Below are positions 50,416 through 61,397 of a stretch of DNA of 64,000 nucleotides, one piece after another. The stretch comes from Macrostomum lignano (lineage: Eukaryota). Position 1 is the first letter of the stretch. Every line of letters starts with the position of its first letter. Both the position numbers and the translations under genes were made by a program. The notes under the pieces were generated by a model, which saw only the letters and a list, made by a program, of their open reading frames with translations, ran no database searches and was not told the DNA's origin. Where the stretch lies: contig NIVC01000093.1 of NCBI GenBank assembly GCA_002269645.1, positions 186,001 through 250,000 on the forward strand, written 5' to 3'.

Positions 50416-52102
50416 AGGGGAGACACCTGACCAAAATGAACTTTTGGAAATTGTTTTTAATACTCATGAGTGTCTCATGTACATTTACATTTACATTAAA
50501 CTGGCCAATTCATATCCATCTGTAACTATGTCTTCCATTATATTTTATTTTCTACAACCGTACAGGGTAATTGTAACCGACGACGAGCTATTGTTTTTAA
50601 TCTGAGAGTAAATTTGGGAATTTTTCGGAATACGATCTGAAAATGTTTGCTTAAAAATCAAATTTTCTGGGGAATCGTTAATAAACTGCTTATCGAACTA
50701 TTTCAAGAGCTTTGTGAAGCTTTGTGAAACTTCAATATGGACTTCATGATTACTCGTACCAATGTAGTGACTGTTGAGGGGAATTGTTGAGATGTCAAGG
50801 CTTACGAAATTTCAAAGCTGACAGAGGAAATTGCTGCCATGTCAAGGCTAAGAGGTCAAAACCTACATGAACTCTTAGTTTATTCAAAACATTTAGTCCA
50901 TTCTTTTTTTGTGTCCACAGCGGGGGCGCTGAGCGCAATTCCAATATACTAAAAATGATTTTACTCTATCTAGGTAGGTATTTATTTCTTTAGTTGCAGA
51001 AAAAACGGCTCAACCGATTTTCTACACCCTTTGATCAGAAATTTTCCCATGACGGAACGGTAGATGTTTACTGGCTGAATTGACTCCGACTTGAATAGCG
51101 TCAAAGTGTTGAAAACACAATGTGGAAGCAAAGCACAAGACTTGATTGGAATTGCGTAACCATATTATAAACTTTTATGAAAGCTGATACTGACTGACTG
51201 GGAAATCGATTACATCATAACTGCTTTCTGTGACTTTTACTCTAACCGTCTTATTGTGAGTGTTGAATTATAAGTGCCAAGATTTAAGCCATCAGTTGGA
51301 TGAGAGCTGGCCTACACGTGAACAGACTGAACTGCTGATGCAGCGACCCGGGCTCGAATTTTGAGAGTGTAATCTTTTTTATTTAAAGCTTTTTGAATAT
51401 GAAGCAAACTCAAAGAAAGAAAAACGTAAAAGAGGCGTCATGTCAAACTTAAAAGATTAATTGGGGAATTCCTAAGATGTTAGGGCTTATGGGAAATTCT
51501 GAGATGTCAAGGCTGACAGGGGAATAGCTGCGATGTTAAGGCTGAAAGGTCAGAGGCGACATATGTATAGTTTAGTCAAAAAAATTATTCCATTCTTTGT
51601 TGCCTCCCCCACGCTGATTGCTGGTAAACAAGTAAATATGCTAGTGAATCAAGCTTGAATGGCAGTTGACAGTAATAGATGTAAAAATATTTTTCAAAAA
51701 CAGTAATTCGTTTTTCTGTTTATTTTCTAAATTTTTCTCTTAGAAAAGCTGCATCAATAGCGTGCAAAAATAGCATACAAGTATAATAGCTAAGCACTGC
51801 AACCTGTGATATGAGTCGATAAAGGTGCAGTTTAACTTTTATGAGTAGATGCTTAGAATAGGTAGGTGCACAATCTGGATAAAATGGGTTGAGTACTCAG
51901 GTGGTAGAGATGAGAGAAGAGGAGAGAAAGAAAGGCCAGGCCAGCGTACTGAGTCGCCTGGTTTACTGGCCACATCCACACCCAGTTGCAATGGGAAGGT
52001 CACTGTCCCATTAGATTATATATACTCGTATATTAGAGGTTATGCCCACAATAGCATCTTCTACCAACTGCATCTATAATTCAGCATTAAAAACGGATAG
52101 TG

Positions 52103-52921
52103 ATGTCGATTCCAGCCTCCATCTCTATGCTTCTTGTTCTAACTGGCACCTGCTTGAATCTGCCTGACGCTGCCGCTGCGCCAACAAGCTGCGAGTCCAG
52201 CTGCCCGGTCTACGTCAGAGAGCCAACACCAGTCTGTGGCGACGGCAAGGAGTACATGGACGAGTGTCGGGCCAAGTGCGCCGGAGCCAAGGTCATCACC
52301 AAAGGCCCCTGTCCGACTATTAATCCGGCTTGTACCTGCTTGGCAATCTACGAGCCGGTGTGCGGAGACGGCAAGGACTACGGCAACGAGTGCTTGGCTC
52401 GGTGCACCGGCGCCAAGGTCATCTCAAAAGGCCCCTGTCCGACTCCGAAGCCGTGTGTCTGTCCGGAAATTTACCAGCCGGTTTGCGGCGACGGCAAGGA
52501 CTACAGCAACGAATGCTTGGCTCGGTGCGCCGGCGCCAAGGTCATCTCGTCTGGCATCTGTCCGACTGAGTCACCTGGCTGCATCTGCCCCATGATCTAC
52601 GACCCTGTCTGCGGCTCTGACGGTCGCACCTATTCAAATGGTTGCGCAGCCTCTTGCGCCGGTGTTAAAGTGGTCTCCAAGGGCCGTTGTGAGTGTCGGA
52701 ACTGTCCGAAAATCTACAAGCCAGTGTGCGGCAGCGATGGCGAGACCTACCAGAACGCTTGCCAGGCCAAGTGCTCCGGCGTGAAGAAAATCTCTCAGGG
52801 CACCTGCGGCTGCGTTTGCCCGCTAGTCTACGCGCCAGTGTGCGCCGATGGCAAGACCTACGACAACGAGTGCGAGGCCAACTGCGCCGGAGTGAAGAAT
52901 GCCAACCCGGGCGAGTGCTAA
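52103..52921 (+). CDS. Secreted multi-Kazal inhibitor, 6 domains (Kazal gene 5), intronless
   Basis: ATG at 52103, signal peptide [18 protein letters not shown], six Kazal motifs, stop TAA. Confidence 0.93.
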   Translation: MSIPASISMLLVLTGTCLNLPDAAAAPTSCESSCPVYVREPTPVCGDGKEYMDECRAKCAGAKVITKGPCPTINPACTCLAIYEPVCGDGKDYGNECLARCTGAKVISKGPCPTPKPCVCPEIYQPVCGDGKDYSNECLARCAGAKVISSGICPTESPGCICPMIYDPVCGSDGRTYSNGCAASCAGVKVVSKGRCECRNCPKIYKPVCGSDGETYQNACQAKCSGVKKISQGTCGCVCPLVYAPVCADGKTYDNECEANCAGVKNANPGEC

Positions 52922-53832
52922 ATCGTGGATTCTTGTTTCCAGGAAGCACTGCTACGAGCGTACACTATCTCTTGCAATGCACTTATAAATCTTGAAGGTA
53001 GAAAGAAGCGAATGTTCTATTTTTTCAAAATCTATTTTTTTAACTTAATAATCGGTGAATACAGACTAAAAAATAAATGCCTGCCTGCAAAACCATACCC
53101 GTAAAAGGAGAATATTAATTTAAATATGGTAATCTAGCACATTTATCAAATACAACCATCGATAATAGCTACATATATGAACATAAATGTACCATTAATG
53201 TAGACCCAGATGCAGTTCTTGTATCCAAATATCAAAATAGCTTTTTCAGATTAGTAGCTTTGTACATACTTTATAATACGAGCTACAAACTGTTGTATTA
53301 TTGAACACATATTTCTTACGTGCCACTTTAATAAACACTTGAGACTTATTATTACTGAACAAAAGCAAAACGAAAAATAAATAAGTCCATAATGAAGTTC
53401 AAGAGTTTCTCAAAGCTCCTGAAACCGTTAGAAAAGTTTATTTACGATGCTTCAAATTATTTGGATTTTCAAACGTTTTTACCTACCTTTCACATTAATT
53501 GCCAATAAAGTCGCAAACCGCCTCAAATTAATAGCAAGAGCTTGTCGCAAGGTTATAATTAACTTGTATGGTCACTATAGAAAAATATGATAAGAAGAAA
53601 CTTGCATTTTAGATCAATAAAATTTGGCCAGCTTTATACGAATGTACAGTGCATGAGACACGAGATACTTGTGATTATTAAAAAACAGTTTGAAAAAGTT
53701 CATTTTGGTCAGGTGTCTCCCCTTCATCCTTTCCTCAGACACTCTCCAGGTACGACTGACTTCGGCTTCGGGCAAAGGCAGAGGGTCATGCATCTGTTTT
53801 TGTACGTTTTCTCGCCATTAACGCACACCGGT

Positions 53833-54927
53833 TTATGGATGACAGCAGGGCCCGTGCGATGTACAGGTGACTCCGGCGCACCTAGCGAAGCACATATTGC
53901 TGTAGGTGACACCATCGCTTCCGCAGACCGGGAGATAGTCCCTCGGACAGGAGCACAGACATGGCGGCCCATCAACGATTTCCTCGGCTCCTGCACAGCA
54001 GGCCAAGCACTCGTTTCCGTAGTCTTTGCCGTCTCCGCACACAGGCTTGTAAATTAGTGGGCAAAGACACGGAGGCTTCTCGGTTGGGCAAGGACCGTCG
54101 ACAATATCTACGGCCCCGTCGCAACGAGCCATGCACTCGTTGCCGTAATCCTTGCCGTCTCCGCACACAGGCTTGTAGATCTTCGTGCAGATGCAGGGCG
54201 GTTTCTTTGTCGGGCAAGGACCGTCGACAATATCTACGGCCCCGTCGCAACGAGCCATGCACTCGTTGCCGTAGTCCTTGCCGTCTCCGCACACAGGCTT
54301 GTAGATCTTCGTGCAGATGCAGGGCGGTTTCTTTGTCGGGCAAGGACCGTCGACAATATCTACGGCCCCGTCGCAACGAGCCATGCACTCGTTGCCGTAG
54401 TCCTTGCCGTCTCCGCACACAGGCTTGTAGATCTTCGTGCAGATGCAGGGCGGTTTCTTTGTCCGACAGGGGCCATCGACAATATCTACGGCCCCGTCGC
54501 AATGAGCCATGCACTCGTTGCCGTAGTCCTTGCCGTCTCCGCACACAGGCTTGTAGATCTTCGTGCAGATGCAGGGCGGTTTCTTTGTCCGACAGGGGCC
54601 ATCGACAATATCTACGGCCCCGTCGCAATGAGCCATGCACTCGTTGCCGTAGTCCTTGCCGTCTCCGCACACAGGCTTGTAGATTTCCGGACAGACGCAC
54701 GGCGTCTTCTTCGTTGGCCTCGTCGTTGTCGTCGGACAAGGGACAACCTCAACGCCAGCGCACTTGGCGTGGCACTCGTCGTAGTACTTTCTTCCGTCGG
54801 CCCCGCATACGGGATCAGGAGCTCGAACGTACACTGGACAGCTTGACTCGCACGAAGGCTTTGTTTGAGCCTCGGAGCTCTGGCAGATGAACAAAAGACC
54901 CAGCAGAACTGGGACGAGTCGAATCAT
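53833..54927 (-). CDS. Secreted multi-Kazal inhibitor, 8 intact domains, last domain frameshifted (Kazal gene 6; inverted paralogue of gene 4)
   Basis: [37 protein letters not shown] is nearly identical to gene 4. Has 126-bp internal repeats. The rest of the ninth domain (KPVCVNGEKTYKNRC...PGECLRKG*) lies out of frame down to 53724. Confidence 0.9.
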   Translation of the reverse strand: MIRLVPVLLGLLFICQSSEAQTKPSCESSCPVYVRAPDPVCGADGRKYYDECHAKCAGVEVVPCPTTTTRPTKKTPCVCPEIYKPVCGDGKDYGNECMAHCDGAVDIVDGPCRTKKPPCICTKIYKPVCGDGKDYGNECMAHCDGAVDIVDGPCRTKKPPCICTKIYKPVCGDGKDYGNECMARCDGAVDIVDGPCPTKKPPCICTKIYKPVCGDGKDYGNECMARCDGAVDIVDGPCPTKKPPCICTKIYKPVCGDGKDYGNECMARCDGAVDIVDGPCPTEKPPCLCPLIYKPVCGDGKDYGNECLACCAGAEEIVDGPPCLCSCPRDYLPVCGSDGVTYSNMCFARCAGVTCTSHGPCCHP

Positions 54928-55498
54928 TGGCATTCGAAAAATAATTGTCACGAGTTTAGTCTTGGCAATTTTTTTCCGCGTCCCGATGTCTTATTTTTTA
55001 CCCTATTGTCAGTCACGTATATATAGTTTTCAATGCGGGTAAACATGTTTTGGTAAAATTTTGGAATGTTTTCTTGTCACCCGTTTGGCGTTGTTTTGGT
55101 AGACAGTTAAAATTACAAGCGGAGCTAGGGTTCGGCCTGCCGTGCTTGCTTTTCGGACATGGGACCGAAGTCGCAAAACAATAGCTTGAAACATGCAGCT
55201 TCTTGCAAGTAAAATTCTTGTTTTTTTCGGTTATGCATAACAGAATCCATTGTTCTGTTTGAGGCTGTACTTAGATAACCCGAAAGTTAGATAAGGTAGA
55301 GTTTGGGGTTAGGGTCTACGACTAGTTATCTTTGAAGCTGAGTTTATGTTCGTGCCTTCATTTCGACTAAAAATAGAATCTTAACGAAGGATTGAGAAGC
55401 AAGTGACTGCATATTAAAAAGCAGTGCAAAACAATACAGCGAGTCACATCTAAAACTCAACTATCCTTCTCAAACTGTTCCACCTGTTGGATTGCAAT

Positions 55499-57786
55499 AT
55501 GCTACCCGCGGCACTGGAAGCTCACGTGTATCGGCAGCGGTTCTGTTGACCATTTGTTACTTTCAGCTGATGCTGCATCCATGGCGGTCTACCGTAGCCC
55601 TTGTAGCATCTACAGCAGATCTGACTACCATGAACTTTCCCATCCTACCCTTAGTAGGGCCTATAAAGTTAAATGAGTCAAAAACTACGATTGATTCTGT
55701 GCATTTTTACAGGACATCATTAACTATATCGTGTGTGCGGCATTGCAGACAGTCACTACACCTGTCCCCGGTTCAGATCTGGTGAATTGCACAATGCCAC
55801 TGTGTTAGCACAGGCTTTAGGCTATCTGGATGGCCCAGATAGCAGTGCAGTAAATGCAAAGACGCGTAAGTGGACGAAGCAATTTAGCGAGCCTTGACTG
55901 TTTTTAATTGTCGGGCATGTGTAGACACTCATGAGTTTCCTCTTTGTGCAGCTCCCTCCTTTGCAAAGGTTTATTTTAGTATTCAGTAAACAATCTTGAT
56001 TATTAGTTAGGGTTTAATACGATTCAAAGCACTTGTATTACGAGTATTTAAAATCGGTTCCAGTGGTGTCTTATGTGGCTTCTATGCCCTTGACGGGCTC
56101 CAACGTGACCTGTCGTTGACATGACCAACGTGACATGTAGAGTGGCCAGCTTCCAACACATCGGGTGTTACATACCAGCTAGACGGCGACTCTCGAATAC
56201 AATCAGAGTGATTTCGGGCTCCTGCTGTGGTCTGCAATCAGGAGAGAATCGCACTACAGACCGACAGGCAGTCCCACTTGATGCGGCCACAAGCGATTGG
56301 ACTTGGTAATGCGTTTGGGAGAGAGCGGACTGCAGCTGAGACCTGGTGGCGTCGAGGTTGTCCTTAGGAGGCTCAAGCAGGCCACTGACAGTGTCGATGA
56401 GAACGGCCAGGTAGACCAGCCTGGTGCACGGCGCCACCACCTTGCTTCAATTGATGGAGAAGCCAAGCTGTCATAGCAGGTTCAGCATGGTATTGAGGGC
56501 GAGCTGGCAAACGTCCTTGCTAGGCGCGGCCACAGTAAAGTCGTCAAGGTAACAGCCAATGTTGTGGCAGCCCCCGTCTTTGCATCATGGCATCATGAGC
56601 TTAACGGCCTGGCTGAGACAATAAAATAATTCCACTGAAAAGGGGAGCCGCGTATTGCAGAGGTACACCGGGTTCCACAGGTCATCCTATATTCACTCTG
56701 ATCCGCTGAGCCGAAAGTGTAGCGCGGGCTGATTTCGTCGCTCTGGTAGGAGTTAGCGAGGTCGACTTTGGCCATAAAAACCCTAATAGAAGAAGGGTAG
56801 AAACTCGGGTAGTAAACTTACTGACAGTCTCAAACTTGATTTGCCTGGAAGGGTCAACTGAGATCCTTCTATCTTTGTCGAAAAGGGTCGGTGGTACAGC
56901 GGTGAGTTGATCCTCTGCCTGTGGGCTCCTTTTCCCTTCCCCCCTGATCCATCTTGCCAGGACCACTGTCCAAGGACCACTGTAGTATATCAAGGCGTAA
57001 AACTCTAAGAGCTAGTCATTTTTGGAGGCCTGAAAAATACAATGCGGAGATAGGAAAAACCATTTTTTTTCACATCAAAATCAATTATTGCATTTGATCG
57101 AGGGCAGCGAAGATCACCATTCCTTTAATTTAGCAAGCAAAACATGTTACTCTGTTGTATTTTATATTGTAGTGCAGTGAAATTCTCATTTTTATATTGT
57201 TTTTTATTTCATAAACAGAAGCCACATTTAAAAATACCCACAAATGAATTTTTTGTTTTGTTCCTTCTTGAATCAACTATATGTCGTGTAAGTGTTGCAA
57301 GCATATACTCTTAGCCTGAAGCTAAGCTTTAGCTAAGAAATTGATAGGTTTCTAAAGGCTAGGTCAACAACAATATGAAAAATGATATCTGTAAACATTG
57401 TCTACATTTAGTTATTTAGACAAGTGTTAAATTGATTTGAGCCATGTGGACCTTAAGCTTCTACTTAGACAGAAAATAAATGGATAACTCAGAAAATGCA
57501 GACTATGCTAGGAATTTTACGCAACGAAGGTGTGGAAAATTCTTACAGCCTAAGGAGTGTCAAGGCAGGTGAGCGGAGGGTTGCTGGGCGCAGAGCAGAG
57601 GGGCTGTCTTTGGGGTCGGTGTTGAAGGCCAATTCGTAGATGCCGACTGTCCATCGCTCTGATTTCGCAGCAAACCGACGGTGCGGCCTTTGCATTAGCT
57701 TTACAAGCGTTAATCTGCGTGAGACACGTCTTGTCTTTGATCACTTTCACCTTTAATCTATTCCAGTGGTCGCTCCCGTGGCTTCT
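55499..57786 (+). pseudogene. Decayed paralogue of the downstream FN3-repeat gene (exon-1 homologue about 55499-55865, exon-2 homologue 56064-56258, exon stub 57767-57786)
   Basis: SSRVSAAVLLTIC...PILPLVGPIKLNESKTTIDSVHF and IADSHYTCPRFRSGELHNATVLAQALGYLDGPDSSAVNAKT|gtaagt align with exon 1 at 58890, with frameshifts. 56064 carries VEWPASNTSGVTYQL...SGSCCGLQSGEN. 57767 begins ccag|tggtcgctcccgtggcttct, identical to the start of exon 61398. Confidence 0.75.
56259..56930 (-). mobile_element. Degenerate DIRS/Ngaro-type retrotransposon reverse transcriptase fragment
   Basis: Minus-strand translation gives MAKVDLANSY (motif A), GCYLDDFTV (YLDD at 56540-56551) and LGFSIN*SKVVAPCTRLVYLAVLIDTVSG.L..PKDNL, typical of YR-retrotransposon RT; contains stops and frameshifts. 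Confidence 0.72.
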
Positions 57787-57796
57787 GGGGGTGGAG

Positions 57797-57928
57797 ATCT
57801 AGGAGTGGGGATCTGGGAGTGGGGATCTGGGAGTGGGGATCTGGGAGTGGGGATCTGGGAGTGGGGATCTGGGAGTGGGGATCTGGGAGTGGGGATCTGG
57901 GAGTGGGGATCTGGGAGTGGGGATCTAG
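57797..57928. repeat. G-rich 14-bp tandem repeat (CTGGGAGTGGGGAT)
   Basis: About 9 copies. Confidence 0.95.
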
Positions 57929-58349
57929 GATGTTAGGACTTAGGATTTTTAGGATTTAGGATTTTTCTAAGTTCAATAGAAAGCCTTGAGCAGCAAAACA
58001 ACAATTATTTGCATACAAATTTTCATACCATATTAAAGAATTCAGTGATTCATTATCACATTTTATTAACATTGTTGATAGTTTAGAATGAATAGTAACG
58101 TATCTATTATTATAAATTCAGATATAAAGGTCATCGACTCACATTTTCAATTTGAAGGTTGTTCTGAAAGGTCCTCTTCAACTGGGGCTTGCATACGCTA
58201 TTTCGATTAAGCATGAGCTATCCAGACTCCGCAGTGAGGCTCGGCTACCTCACAACTGTTTGTAATTTTTGTGTTAGACATGCAAGCATCGGTGTTAAAT
58301 TGGCTAACTGTACTTCATTTGTATACGACTGGACATAATTCAATCAGTG

Positions 58350-58510
58350 GTGCTCAGGACCAGAGTCTGAGGCTCTGGGTGATGGCACCAGGGCTCTACT
58401 GTTTCGAGTAGTCGTTGAGACCGTTCTGCTCCACGTGAACGCGGCGACATGGACCCTGACGGATGCCTTGGAGAAGCGTGGTGCTCTGGTTGAGCGCGTA
58501 CAGACGGAGG
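58350..58510 (+). mobile_element. RTE-like non-LTR retrotransposon ORF2 fragment
   Basis: ALLFRVVVETVLLHVNAATWTLTDALEKR resembles the post-RT motif (LFRATVESVLLYG.ETWTLT..LEK) of RTE-clade LINEs. Confidence 0.5.
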
Positions 58511-58655
58511 TAGCCCCCCCCCCCCCTAATTCACGCGGGCCAATTAGGTTTTCTGTAGCCCACCTCATCCAGTTTCCGCACTGCACTCTCTTTCGCTGCC
58601 GTAAGAAGAGAATCGCACTAAATAAAAAACTGACGCAGAACTTCGACTGCACTAT

Positions 58656-58688
<33 letters not shown>

Positions 58689-58889
58689 TTCGCCTCTCTC
58701 ATATGACTTAGTTATATTCTAGCACCGCGTTTCCGTGTTGATAAGAATTTTAGAAATTGCGGTTTTTCCTTTAACCCCCCTTTGTTGTGCTTAAGTTTTT
58801 TTACCAAAAATCTTTGCAGCAATAGCAAAGGTATCTTGGTGGTTTGCCAACGGAAGACGCACTTTCCAGATTCTCCCTTCTCTGTTGCT

Positions 58890-59304
58890 ATGCCAACTCC
58901 TTCCAGTAGTTCGCGGGCGTCAGCAGTGCTGCTTCTGCTGACAGTCTGCAGTTTGCCGGTCCTGCAGTTGGCGAAAGCGTCGACAACGGACGCACCAGCG
59001 ACAACTATGGAGGCGCCTACGGCAGCTCCGACAACGCCAATTCCAACTCTACCGTCGGTGACCGATCTCAAACCGGATGCGGCAAGAGCCACGGTAGATT
59101 CGGTGTATTTTTCATGGACGCCTGTGTCAGGAGCAGGCGCCTCATACTGTGTCAACTGCTCGGGAAAGCCTGTTGAATGCAACATCACCGCCAGCAGCTA
59201 CACCTGTACCGGTTTGAGCTCCGGCGCAGAGCACAGCGTGACAGTCGTAGCACAAGCTCCAGGACATCTGGACAGCCCGCCCAGCAGCGCCACAGGCAAA
59301 ACTC
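58890..59304 (+). CDS. FN3-repeat secreted or cell-surface protein, exon 1 (signal peptide, Thr/Pro/Ala linker, FN3 domain 1)
   Basis: MPTPSSSSRASAVLLLLTVCSLPVLQLAKA signal; VYFSWTPV...Y.V...YTCTGLSSGAEHSVTVVA FN3 pattern; donor c|gtgagt (phase 1). Confidence 0.85.
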
Positions 59305-59476
59305 GTGAGTGAAGCTTCTGGGTCAAACACTTGGAAACAGCGCTGACATCAATTGTAGTTGGCTCATCTCAGACACCTTTTCTCTTGGAGCTTTTGAAAC
59401 TCAGCAACCCCATTTTTGAGCAAATGTCTTCCTATGACAGATGTGTTAAAACAGAACGGCTCACTAAGAGAAACGC

Positions 59477-60073
59477 AAAGACACTGTGACACACTAAGAC
59501 AGACACTGTGACACACTAAGACAGGCACTGTGACACACTAAGACAGACACTGTGACACACTAAGACAGACACTGTGACACACTAAGACAGACACTGTGAC
59601 ACACTAAGACAGACACTGTGACACACTAAGACAGACACTGTGACACACTAATACAGACACTGTGACACACTAAGACAGACAACTGTGACACACTAAGACA
59701 GACACTGTGACACACTAAGACAGACACTGTGACACACTAAGACAGACACTGTGACACACTAAGACAGACACTGTGACACACTAAGAAAGACACTGTGACA
59801 CACTAAGACAGACACTGTGACACACTAAGACAGACACTGTGACACACTAATACAGACACTGTGACACACTAAGACAGACAACTGTGACACACTAAGACAG
59901 ACACTGTGACACACTAAGACAGACAACTGTGACACACAAAGACAGACACTGTGACACACTAAGACAGACACTGTGACACACTAAGACAGACAACTGTGAC
60001 ACACTAAGACAGACACTGTGACACACTAAGACAGACACTGTGACACACTAAGACAGACACTGTGACACACTGT
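59477..60073. repeat. Intronic 22-bp minisatellite (GACACTGTGACACACTAAGACA)
   Basis: About 27 copies in intron 1 of the FN3 gene. Confidence 0.96.
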
Positions 60074-60505
60074 GAAATTTTCCAAAGAACCTGCATTTCG
60101 AGTCATCGACAGCTTTGTTATACTCCGATTTTGTGTTTGCAACTCTGTCAGGTTTTGATGCTAAAAGCTGCTTCAAAACTTTTTAATTTTGTTTAGAATT
60201 TACAGTTAAATACTTGAATAGTTTGACAGCATTTTTTATTTAACGCCTTGTTATCTTTTTTTACCAATAGTACATGTAAGATGAAATGGAATGATGATGA
60301 AGATAGCAGGTTGTGATTCTGATTACTAAGGAGCGTAAGATGTACAGACTGTCTGTATAAGATTGCTGCTGCTTTCGGAATGACTGCATGTTGTGAGCTG
60401 AGTTTACACCTTTCTACAGTTTGTAACAGTAAATAATTATTAGCAGTATCTGCTATCGCTGTATTTTTAAATATGCATTGAACACCTTGTTTGATTTGCT
60501 TCTAG

Positions 60506-60757
60506 TGGTCGCTCCAGTGCCTTCTGTCACCGTGTCGGGCTCCAACGAGACCTGTCTGGATGTAGAGTGGCCAGCCTCCAGCACATCACGTGTGACATAC
60601 CAGATAACCTGTGGCTCCAATTCTCTGATTGATGTTGGCAGAGAGCTGAAAGGCAGTTGCTGCGGTCTGCAGTCGGGAGAGAACCACACAGCAACTGTTG
60701 TTGTGGTTAAGCCTGGCTTTAACGACAGCTCTCCCGCCAGTACAGTGGGACGGACTC
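60506..60757 (+). CDS. FN3-repeat gene exon 2 (one FN3-like domain)
   Basis: 252 bp, phase 1-1, tctag|...c|gtgagt. VAPVPSVTV...CLDVEWP...VTYQITC...SCCGLQSGENHTATVVVV. Confidence 0.87.
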
Positions 60758-61397
60758 GTGAGTTCAGCAGCTCTGTTTGCTCAGATGAGCTGCTCTGAGT
60801 CAGATGGCTTTGTTGCTGTGATGCTTTGCGGCTTTTAGGGATGTTGATTGACGGGGCTGAGCTTTGACTGATGGCTTTGATTTTTTGTATAAATTACTCG
60901 TAAATTCCTCCGCAAAGCAGAATGTAAGTTGACGACAGTTTTTGCCAGGTAGCGAGTTCACCCATGCTTATAGCTGATCTGACGCAGGCTTGTAATTCAA
61001 TTTTCAAAGTGTTGAAAAAATTGCTGTGGATGTGGTGCAACTTTAAGGCCAATACAAAAGCCTTTTTACTGCAGTGATGTCACCAATGTAGAAATTTTTT
61101 AAGTTTCAGTTGCGTGGCCTTTAACACAAATATTCAAATTTTACTGCTTTCCATCGCTCTGATTTTGCAGCAGAAATGATTGCAGCAGCTGATGCAGCTT
61201 GAGCGACAGCTCCGCCTTTGCCTTTTTTCTGAGTTTAAAATTTTTGTAGAGTTGTATTGGTACAGTTTGCATCCGATAGTTATTAACTTACTATACCGGA
61301 ACTGAAGACACTGCAGTCAGTGAATAAGTATGAGCTGTATCAGCTATCGCTGTATTTAAAAATGCACATTTGTACACCTTGTTTGATTTGCTTCCAG

